DNA from: Perkinsus chesapeaki ATCC PRA-425 | Lineage: Eukaryota; Protista; Perkinsozoa | Reading direction: 5' to 3' | Length of the DNA: 64,000 nucleotides | Assembly: GCA_013115145.1 (NCBI GenBank) | Contig: JAAPAO010000093.1 | Span: forward strand, 1 to 64,000 | Shown: piece by piece, positions 1 to 9,937 of the stretch | Position numbering within the stretch: position 1 is the stretch's first letter | Layout of the letters: each line of letters begins with the position of its first letter | Notes under the pieces: generated by a model | The model's database searches: none | What the model was told of the DNA's origin: nothing | What the model saw: only the letters and a program-made list of their open reading frames with translations | Position numbers and translations under genes: made by a program

Positions 1-452
1 TGACACAATTTGCCATTGGGTCAATAGCACACAATGCCAGAACACCCTAATAGATGTCCAGTAGGTTCTGTATTGGTATCCGGAGCCAAGACAGGCAGTG
101 ACCGGCACAACTGTTCCATGGCGCTGCGCAATATTCTTGTCACAATACGCGTTGTGCTGTACGTGTGCACAAAGCGTCTTTCTAGCGTTAAGCTAGTAAC
201 CGTTTCGTGACTACTACACTTATGACTAAGTTATATATTTCTTGTATTTTCCTAATTATTTATGTCCTCCAGTATTTCTCAGTCTGCGTTGAGTTCAACT
301 TAGAGCATGGTCCACTTCATTTGCGAGGGAGTCGCTCTTCGATATTTGATGCTCATCTGCGAGTTGTCATACAATGAAGGCTCTCAAATAGAGCTTCTCG
401 TAACCCTTATTCTCTTGAGGCACATACATCTCATTTTCAAGTAGGGTATCAC

Positions 453-678
453 TCATTGCGTTTCGTAGTACAGAATAGTCCGAATCTACGGGGTGTTGCG
501 TTTCGTTCAATTGCCGCCATTTGGCTTGTAAGGCAATAACTATGCCACCAGCTGCGTTACTACTATAGACTTTTACAAGAATGCAGTCATAGAGTATGAC
601 TCACAGTGAGACAAGACTCTCTGTCGCAGCGCAAAACAGCAGGAAGCTCCAGGGTTCAGCCTCAGTGCTCTTCGCCGA
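453..678 (+). pseudogene. Decayed LTR-retrotransposon (Bel/Pao-like) reverse transcriptase, 5' part, interrupted by the younger element
   Basis: Translations across frameshifts and stops give SLRFVV (453), YGVLRFVQLPPFGL* (487-531) and VLFA(D) (665-678). Removing the younger element and one TSD copy restores ctc ttc gcc gat gat = LFADD. Confidence 0.5.
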
Positions 679-679
679 T
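675..679. repeat. Target-site duplication, left copy (CCGA 675-678, or CCGAT 675-679); right copy at 7437-7440/7441
   Basis: CCGA(T) immediately precedes the 5' LTR and immediately follows the 3' LTR. The T at 679 can belong to either the TSD or the LTR. Confidence 0.85.
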
Positions 680-863
680 ATTCTCATCGCGAAGATTATA
701 AGTATCTTTCGTTATCGCGCGCCCTACTAGGCCGTTTCACATCGGAGTAGTATCAAAGCATGATGACTAATTAAGTAATCTTTTTGCCCTATTCCCATGG
801 TTGAGTTACTCCACGACATACCCGATCCATCTAACGAGACCATCCCCCCGACCAATGAGCACA
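679..863 (+). repeat. 5' LTR (185 bp, TATT...CACA); contains the ORF1 ATG at 797
   Basis: Identical by eye to 7252-7436 (offset 6573). Imperfect terminal inverted repeat TATTCTCAT / ATGAGCACA. Confidence 0.92.
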
Positions 864-1120
864 ATCATCCGAGAAACGACATCGCCGATATTCGTCGATC
901 AAGGCGACTAGCCGGCGAGCTGCCTACGCCAAGAAGCCTGTCAGAAATTCAGAGACAAGCTAGACGCCGCGATTCACATCATGGACTAGAAGACCATCAC
1001 CACGAACAGTTCGCAAGAAGACCACTGCAAGAGCATCAGCGGCTAATAAGAGATCATACGGTCCAATACAATCCGTGTCTTCAAGACACGCTACCCGTGC
1101 TAACCGCTCGGCGACATAGT

Positions 1121-1233
1121 CTACCCCAGGAATTAGACATCAGCCCTACCGGTCAGCGACAACGTCTACCCCGAGAGTTCGACGTCAGCCCTACCGGTCA
1201 ACAACAGCGGCTACCTCAGGAGTTCGAGATCCC
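1121..1233 (+). repeat. 45-bp (15-aa) tandem repeat x2.5 in the gag N-terminus
   Basis: LPQELDISPTGQRQR / LPREFDVSPTGQQQR / LPQEFEIP; units start at 1121, 1166 and 1211. Confidence 0.85.
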
Positions 1234-4200
1234 CGACAAGGCCCAAATCCTCAAGAGTCGGCAAATGGCTCACAATTTCGATGAATACAAACCAACTGCG
1301 CAACCACAATCTCGCCGCGCCCAGAACAACGGTCACGCGAGGCAGGCGTTCGAGGTTCGTGATCACCGAAATGAAGACTATATCAAGTACCCAACAACAA
1401 AGGAGCCGCCCGCTGGCGTCAACGACATTATAGCAGAGAACGAGCAACGTGATATTCACCGAAGTGCTACCTACCTGGCCGAAACCTGGCGCAAGAAAAA
1501 GCTACCGGTGTATACTGGCGAGGATGAGACCGACGGTGGTATCAGCTTCTCCAATTTAAGAAGGAAGTGGGAGGCCTTCTGCCAACAAGAATGGGTGTCT
1601 CACGAGAGTCCAGCGGCGGTGAGAGCTTTTCTGTCAGCATGCATCAGTGAAGAGCTGGCCGTCGACATCAAGGACGACCAGTATAACTACGTGGATGTTC
1701 AGCCTAATCGAAGAAGCTACTACAAGCAGTTCTACCACTACACTCTACGGTACCTGGGAACCAACCATCAGGACAAGTCCGTCATTACCGGGCTCATCCA
1801 GCAGATCCTCACCGACAAACAAGGCGGAAGGAAACTGAGCGATTTCTTCAAGGCCACCAATGAAAGGCTAAGGGAATTGGAGTACTGCAGCGTGGACAAG
1901 CACTCTCAGTTGCACCCCCTGCACGTTGGTTTCTCATTACAGGCATGTCTGGGAGCGCCTTTCAGAAGCTGGTGGTACGATGTATGCAAGGAAATGGGTG
2001 GCTCCGACAACATCACCACGTTCGACGATCTCAGGCATATTATGCGGGCCCTAGTAAAAAAGGCCCAGGCTCTTCGACAACAACGCCCCGATGGTTACAA
2101 TGCTGAAGGCCAGTATGTAGGACTTCCAGGAGAAGGACAGGTCTACTATGCCAACAACAACACCAACAAGAACAATCAATATCTAACCCTACAACACGGT
2201 CACGCTCCGGCTCCGACCACGGAGGAAGAAGCTCTACAACAAGCACGTCAGACTACCGGCAAAGGAGAAGACAGTCGAGTACGACAGCAGAACTACATCA
2301 AGGACAGCAGGAAGCCCAACTGCCTCCGATGTTTTGACCGGAACGGCGACCACGACGACAACTCTTGCCCGGAGGAAAAGCCCAAGCGTCAGCACGCGCG
2401 GTGTCGTTGTGGCAGCGCCCGTCACCAGCAACAAAGCTGTCCGTTATCGGACAAGGACCTCAAGTGTTTAAGATGTCACAATGATGAAAGAGCTGGTTTG
2501 CCGCATAGGTCCGGGATGTGCCCGCTGTCACTTGAGCAATTGAAGAAGGCCGATGACGACTACCAGCAGAACGAGTTCATGGAGGCTGGGTCACATCCTG
2601 TTGCTACAAGAATTTGCGTCGGCCCTCGACTGCTCGCCGATGTCATACTGGACTCGGGAGCGGGGAGATGCTATGGCCAAGCACGCTTCCTGAGGTGGCT
2701 GGCAGGCCAGCAAGGAGTTCAGCTAACTTGGGACGACGCAGAAGTCAACAACGCCGTTGGTCCTGTGGGAAACAGTCTGGACGTGAAAGGTTCCTGCAAA
2801 TTGGTGGTGTGGCCCCAGAAAGCGGCTGACGACGACAGCAAGGTCAAGATCAAAATTTATGTAGTCGAGAGGCTCATTCCCCAGCTCATCATTGGTGTCA
2901 GTGGCCTACGACTGCTGCGAGTGGGTTTGATGTTTGGCCCAGATGGCATCAGAGGCTACTCAGGGTTGACCCCGCCAGTTCATCTTGAAAAGGTAGACCG
3001 CCAGATCGTTCACAAATACATGAGCAAGGGCACAGAAGAGACCGTCAATCAGGAGGCCGACAATATCACATGCCTTTTTGATACTGTGAACTTCGTTGGT
3101 CTATGCGACGAGCCCGGCGACGACTACACTCAGGATCTGCTCATACCTGCAGGTGTCGCTGAATCGGAGGAGGCCAAGGTGACCACCGGTGTGTTAGCTA
3201 AAACCAAGCGAGGTCTCTCGCTCATAGAAGCACTGCGACATCCACTTGGAACTTTTCGAGGTATTATACTCGATGAGAAGAACTCCACCAACGAGCATCT
3301 GAGTTATAGAGCACTGCATGACTTCAATTGGACGAGAAGGCCAACTCCGACCCCAACCAACAGGAATGCAACCGAGAGACAGGCTCACAAACTGTTCAAC
3401 ACATTATCGAAGAAGAAGCTTCAGGCAGCTTACAACGACGTCATTAAGCAGTATGAAGAATTTGGTCATATTAAGAGGATCGCCCCCAACCAGATCGACA
3501 ACTACTACTACACACCCCACTTTCCTGTGGAGAAGGCTGACAACAACCGTACTACCCGCATAAGACCAGTCTACGATTGGCGGCGATGTAACCCGCTGCA
3601 ACGACTACCACCACCACAAGATGTTTCGATGTGGCCCAGCATCACGGTGACACGCTGCTACCCCTTTGCAGCTTGGTCCGACCTGAAGAATGCTTATCTT
3701 TTTGACCGCACCCCTCTAGCTACAAGAAGATCACATGGGTTTATGTTATACGAGGTGGAGAAAGGCGTCGCTTCCCTACGGCACTACCACTTCCTTGGGC
3801 TGCCTATGGGATCTAGCTCTTCAGCAGCAGCACTGCAAACCACCACAGGCATCCTGATGGAGATATCCAATGAAGCGTCGGTGGCCAGGATGTGTAGCGA
3901 TGTTATCACGCCAGCGGCGCCAATATGGGATACCTTGGTTGACCACCAAGCGGACGAGGAAGAACTACAAGGCCTACCAGAAGAAGATCTCTACGGTCCA
4001 AGTCCGGCAGCGTTAGCGCTAGCCGAGATCCTGCAACTACAAGATGAAAGCAAGAAGATGGTAAGTGCGGAAGACAGTCCAGACGGTGCTTGCAATTCAG
4101 TACACCCGAGGTGGTCGATGCTATGGAAAAGTGGCTCCAGAAGAGTGAAGTTTGTGGACGATGTCACCACCGGCGCCCAAACCAAGGCTCAGCTGCTATC

Positions 4201-6796
4201 TCTTCGGCAAGACGAGAAGGTATGCGCACAGAAGATTGGGCATATGTTCAACGACGCCAAGGAGAAGCACAGCGATGATGATAAGAGTGCCGAGGGCTTC
4301 GGACTAGTCTGGACAGGAGCAGCTGAGGGAGACCAGCTGAAACCAAGGAAGGTGAAGATTTCTTCAGCAGGGTCCGGCGCGATCCAGAAGCTCACGGTGC
4401 GCAATGTCTTATCGCTACTACATCAAGCCTACGATATCATTGGAGTGCTATCATGGACCCTTATGCCCATCAAGCTGATCCTGCGACAGTGCTACACTAG
4501 CAGGCTGCAATATGACGACTTCATTCCCGACAAGCAGACAAACGAAGTTCTGAAGACTATCGACAACTTCAACAAGGCCATAGATGAAACAACGATACCC
4601 AGATACATCGATGTGTCACGAGTGGTGGTACTTTATGCTGACGCCAGTGCCCATGGATTGGGATACGCCATCAGTAACGGTAACCCACGGGAGATTTATG
4701 TCGCTAGCAGTAAGCTCGTTCCCTTGCAGTCGATGCGGTATTCAATACTATTGAATCAATAGTTCGCAAGGAAACTCTCGCATTAGAGCACGGGTTACCT
4801 GCATTGCTGGAACGTGCTAGGGACTTCCCGTATTCGCCTCATCGTGTTTATTACGTATTAACCGACTCGAGTATTGTTCTTCAGAGAATCGAGAAAGTCC
4901 TGCGCCATAGAAGCGGAGTCACCAAAACTGTCTGGAAAACGCCCAAAGGTTGGAGTTCCTGGGAGGTCAATCACTGCAAATCTATCGTCAACCTCTTGCA
5001 CGAGCTCGAACAACTGGCAGGCGCTGAATCGGTCCATTTCGCACATTGTCCTGGTTTGGCCAACCTAGCTGACGGCTACAGCCGAGGTAGCAACCCCTTC
5101 AATGAGCACTTCTACGAGGTCGAGAACTTCTTGCACGAGCTCAACTCTAATATCAACAAAGGTCCCGCTCTTGGCACTAACCACCTTGTTGGCTTCGCAG
5201 CTGATCTAGAGGAGGAGACACAGCTCATGGACACGCCCAAAGAGAACGAGGTTACGGAAGCAACTGCGAACCTTTACAAGGAGATCGTCGACGCCCAGGC
5301 CGAGGACCCTTATACACAAATATGTGTGTTCCTACTCGCTGAGCAGGACACCGACACCAACAATCTCTCGAGTCATCTCCAAGAGCGATTGCGGGAATGG
5401 TCCCATGCCGAGCGAGCAAAGGTCCGAGCTCTATTTTTCGCCAGAGTAGAAGATGGAAGAAAGGTGTTACATTTGGCGGTAGGCCGTACTATTGTGGAGA
5501 ACGATGAGTCCAAGGCCCCTCTATATATACCAGAAACGGTGCGCGGCAGCGTTATCTCTAAGCTACACAGTTTTTATTGCCATCAGCCCGCTAAGTTTTT
5601 AATCGCCTATGCCGAAAGGCACTACTACTTCAAAGGATTGCGTAAGGCTATCAAGGCCTACTCGCGCAGTTGTCCGGGCTGCCAGCGAAGTAGAGGTCCG
5701 AAGGTATGGCCTGACACTAGACCAAGGGTGATACCAAGAGATTTCGAGGTGAACACTGTGTTAGCGCTGGATTGGGTCGGACCGGCTCGGGACCCAACTG
5801 ATAGTGGCACGGCAGTTCCCTTCGTTGGTGGTCACGGGCAACTGCTGCAACCTCTGACCGATGACCAAGCTCCGAAGTATGCGCTGCACATCTACGACAT
5901 CGTCTCTCGTTACAGCGCTTACTACTTGGCACAAGACATTGTCTTGAAGACAAATCTGCCCAATCTGCAAAGATCTTGGTCGACTTTCACCTCACCAAGC
6001 ACGGCTATCCGCAATACTTCGTTGTAGATCAAGACAAGAGCTTTACAGGAAAGCTCTTTGTCGGATGGGCGGCTTCCCTAGGTATGGTGGTGGTTACCCA
6101 AGCCCCGTATGCGGCATTTCGACGGAGTTATTTGGAGAGGCAGCACCAAGAGTTTTGGGCCCTTATAAGAGCTATTCGAGAAGAACAACAAGCAAAAGGT
6201 TGCCCTTTATCCCCGTGGTATACCATAGTACCTCAAGTATCAGCGGTGCTAAACGCTACCCCTATTGTGGACGACATCTCACCCAACGATTTGGTGTTCA
6301 ATACTCCGCCGAAGCCGCCACCGTCGATTGCGCCTAGACCCCACCATTCGCCGAACCTCGAGGCTTTCATTTCAAGACACGAAAGTGCCCAAGTATACGA
6401 CGACGATAAGTACAAGCAATATGTGGCGGAGAAGAGAGACAGCTACCAAAACATGCTGAAGACCTTCCACGAGCACACCTTGCAGCGACTACGGCGCACA
6501 GCCATCAAGATGGCTGAAAAAAGCCGCCGCCGCCAGACTCCTACCATCACTCCGTACAGGAAGGGCGACCTACTGTGGTTAGCAACTAACGGTATCAGCA
6601 AACTAAAGCCACGTTGGACTGGCCCGGTACGGGTGGTAGGTGGCGAAGAAGTTACTGGCTCAGCACAGCTACTGAGCATTGCGTCTCTAGGAGGCCGACC
6701 ACGAGGACAAGTCCACATTGCCAACGTCAAACTAGCCATTCTTGATGCTCATCAGATCGAGATCTACACGAAGATGGAAACGTCGGAACCGTCAAA

Positions 6797-6821
6797 TACT
6801 CGGCAGCACTGCTGCCGAGTA
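6797..6821. repeat. Perfect inverted repeat, 12-bp arms, 1-nt spacer
   Basis: TACTCGGCAGCA c TGCTGCCGAGTA. Confidence 0.95.
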
Positions 6822-6826
6822 CCACT

Positions 6827-6883
6827 GGACACCGGAAATACCCCAGCCTGCTGCCGCAGCAGGCTGGGGTATTTCCGGTGTCC
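6827..6883. repeat. Perfect inverted repeat, 28-bp arms, 1-nt spacer
   Basis: GGACACCGGAAATACCCCAGCCTGCTGC c GCAGCAGGCTGGGGTATTTCCGGTGTCC. Confidence 0.97.
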
Positions 6884-7251
6884 GGAGATATCCCTATGGT
6901 TAAGTCCGACAAGTTCCCCGACATAAGATACTTCATGATGGAGAGCGACAAGGAGGACAGTCACTTAGTGGTTGCGAGGTCAGTGGTACCCTTGAGCAAG
7001 TCAACAGGTTTATGGTTACAGTGCGATCAGTGCGATATATGGACCGAATCTACTCCCGAGCTATATGACTCCTACAAGGGTGATGCTCCATTCAGTTGCG
7101 GTGTTCTCGGCGTTCCATGTGTGTTTCAGGATGTGTAACGATTCACTGTATATCTAGTGTATTGTCGATCATTGTTTGATTTACTCCGCGGCCTCACGCG
7201 TATATATTGGAGTGGTAGCAACCAGTAGCTACACCTCCCGTGGCCCGCCAG

Positions 7252-7436
7252 TATTCTCATCGCGAAGATTATAAGTATCTTTCGTTATCGCGCGCCCTAC
7301 TAGGCCGTTTCACATCGGAGTAGTATCAAAGCATGATGACTAATTAAGTAATCTTTTTGCCCTATTCCCATGGTTGAGTTACTCCACGACATACCCGATC
7401 CATCTAACGAGACCATCCCCCCGACCAATGAGCACA
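7252..7436 (+). repeat. 3' LTR (185 bp)
   Basis: Identical to 679-863 and followed by the TSD CCGA(T). Confidence 0.92.
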
Positions 7437-7440
7437 CCGA

Positions 7441-7910
7441 TGATTGTTGAAGAGGTTGTTTTCAGCGAGAAGACAATTCAGACTCATTCTTAGATCCCCC
7501 CGTTGAGTACTCAATAGAGCACGTGGCGAGTTAAATGCAACCAGTAGTTGATTCTTGAGCTCTTATCAGTCATATAAACCACCATCATATAGTTATCAGC
7601 TATCCCAGCTTAATTGAGCCGTGACCTTTCGGAAACGTTGGCCTCACAACCATTCCAACAACGAGTCGGCCACACAGTCGCAGCTCTCTTTGAAGGAGCG
7701 TGGGTACTCAAGGAGGGCACATCTCATTCTAGCGTGATAAGGACCAAGGGCCCAACGTCAGGGCCTTGAAGATAGGACTTCAAGGTAAATACTGTAGTTA
7801 TACCGCAAGGAGCGACGATCTCGCCGGAACCGCCACGCCAGAACCAACGAACAAATGATTCTGTCGTGCAACTTGCATGAAAGGCGCATAATGAAACGCA
7901 TACGTGAGGG
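7441..7910 (+). pseudogene. Decayed Bel/Pao-like RT/connection domain, 3' continuation of 453-678
   Basis: Begins with the DD of FADD. Later fragments (SYTARSDDLAGTATP, CMKGA**NAYV) loosely resemble the Pao S..a..yDplG...P and lw..g..WD motifs. Many stops. Confidence 0.35.
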
Positions 7911-9937
7911 AATCTTTCCGTGACTTGTGCACTTGCCAGTTGCCCCTTGTTTGACAATCTCCTCTCCGCGGGCAAGTCAAGCAATATCACAGGAGAGGGC
8001 GCTGCATGCCTTCGAGCTGGCCGAGTTGATAGGTGTACGGCGAACACCAGAAATGATGTAATTTACACGCCCGGGTGAGCATTAGTGTGGCGAGTTAGAT
8101 ACGAGAGATGGATGGTTCATCAAGCCATAACGGCAGCGACAAGGGAGAGCGAACTGATGGTAGAGGAACATAATAACTATTACACTCTAGATGTCCCGCA
8201 ACGGAAAGAAGATGTCGATAAAAGGCACTGAACGCCGGGCTCGGTGGAGAGGAATCGGCGGGTTCGATCAGTTACGCGGAGCAAATTCGCTACCACAAGG
8301 AGCAGCTATTGGAAAATCGAAAGCGATTAAAGAAGGTCCTTCGAGAGCAGGCGCGACCGTTGCCGTCTGAGGCGGCCACATCGGTCGCTGTCGGGTAGCG
8401 GATTTGGTGTCTTGTTCACAGTAAGGTGTTCGCAGTACTCCGCGGTGCTGGAGGGACCGCCGACAAGGAACGCCGGAGAAGCGGAAACTGCTCAGCAGCA
8501 CGCCGGAATCGTTCAAGTGGGATGCTGCTCTGGGAGAGTTAATTGCTTTGTTAGACTTCGGCTCGGCGATGCATCGAGGAGTGAATGGAAAAAGGGCGGC
8601 GCCGACGGCTCTGGGTAGTAAAGGGATGGTCGGGAAGGCTGAAAGCTGCATGGTCAGTGAGCACGGGCTGGAGTTCATTGGGCCGCTAAAGCCGACAATT
8701 CCACGAACTCCAAAAGGAAGGGAGGAGCGTAAAAGTGAAGGGAATAAGGCTATCAGTAAAAGTGATAGAAATTTGGGAAGTTCTGATGCCGCCTGTAGGG
8801 TCGCCATTTCGGAGGCGAGACGTGTTCAGACCTGTAATGGTCAGCCCAGGTCAGCAGTTATGGAGTGATGGTAGGTTGGGGATTATTCCTGTCGCTTGCA
8901 GCTCGTCCGGATCTGGTGAAGATGGGCCGACAACGCGGAAAGACAACTTCGTTCGAAGCTTGGTTGCAAAAACAGAGGGAGATTGAGGCCAGGTACTCAC
9001 CTACTTTTGTAGTGTCCCTTCCAAATCCACTAGGCACATCGCGATCGTTTAAACGTAGTGTTACGATATGACGGTGACATATTAGTTAGTGCCTGTCGTT
9101 TGACAGGCACGTCAAAGACAATGCATAGGTACTAATAGTAAATTGCTATATAGTAAATAGTGCCTAATAATGCGAGAGTTATGACATCATGAGGAGTATC
9201 CATTTTTTCTCAAAGCTGGTCAAAATTTCTCGAACACTTTTTTCGACCAGTCTTGATCGTGCTGCTCTGAACATGCTTCAGGAATGTGAAAAAGGGGAGA
9301 TAGATATAAAGCTGTTTGTGACATATTTCCTAAGCTTTAATATCATTATTAGAAATCGATCAGCAGCAAATTTGCTATAATTGAACCGATAAATTAAGAT
9401 GAGGTCGTTGTGGTATAGAAGGATGCATAGTAGTATAGCACTATGGGGGATTCTGCTAAAGATATGCGATATAGCAACCGGTATAGCACTATGTGGAGAT
9501 CGGACGGGCGATACACCATGTCTGAATGGCCTAGCCTTCGTTTGTATTGGTTCCCTACCGTCCTTCAGGGAAGCCGATCGAGCTCGAGCGAGAGAGACAA
9601 CGGGAGGACTGCTGCAGCTGGTGAAACCGTCTTCTAGGTGGTTCCCTGACATTGTTCTCGTGCATGAGTGTAGAGGTGTGGTATTCAGGCCTACCACTCC
9701 ACGTAAGAAGAGTATCGTACTAGAGGTCCCTGTGGACCTCGGCAGTCACAGCCATGCGGCGGATCTAGTTCGCAGTAGGACTCTACAAGTAGAATCGGTT
9801 AGTAAAGGTAATAGAGGGGGAAAGCACAGTCCGTGGTGGTATCCGGCGTGGGCTTCCATTCTGCAAGGCGTCGGCTTAGAATGCGTACGGTGTCGAGCGA
9901 TGTATTCGGGAGGGTATGGGGAGCGCAATATGGAGAG

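Larger units (their letters stand above)
797..7138 (+). pseudogene. gag-pol polyprotein split into four ORF pieces (797-4762, ~4763-6027, 5976-6926, 6878-7138)
   Basis: Consecutive pieces continue the same polyprotein motifs. Frame breaks lie at about 4748-4761, 5950-5970 and 6827-6883. Confidence 0.88.
679..7436 (+). mobile_element. LTR retrotransposon with Bel/Pao-like RT/RNase H, DDE integrase and C-terminal CW-type zinc finger; complete but frameshifted
   Basis: Two identical 185-bp direct repeats and a TSD. Domain order is gag Zn knuckles, protease (ILDSGAG), RT (PHFPVEK..TTRIRPVYD, SDLKNAY, LPMG, FVDD), RNase H (YADAS, ASSKLVPL, TDSSIVL, HCPGLANLADGYSRG), integrase (H..H..C..C, ALDW, DQD, LER), GPY/F-like motif. 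Confidence 0.93.

Noticed and set aside
74-87. TGGTATCCGGAGCC, resembling a tRNA-iMet primer-binding site
   Set aside because: It lies outside the TSD-bounded element, is not preceded by CA, and is too close to the old RT motifs to be that element's PBS without a large deletion.
672-893. 12-bp match TCGCCGATATTC between the left junction (672-683) and 882-893
   Set aside because: The match is short, and the flank is explained by the old RT's FADD codons; chance is sufficient.
4740-5985. Programmed ribosomal frameshifting at the pol breaks
   Set aside because: There is no X XXY YYZ slippery heptamer, the breaks fall inside catalytic domains, and simple indels restore the frame.
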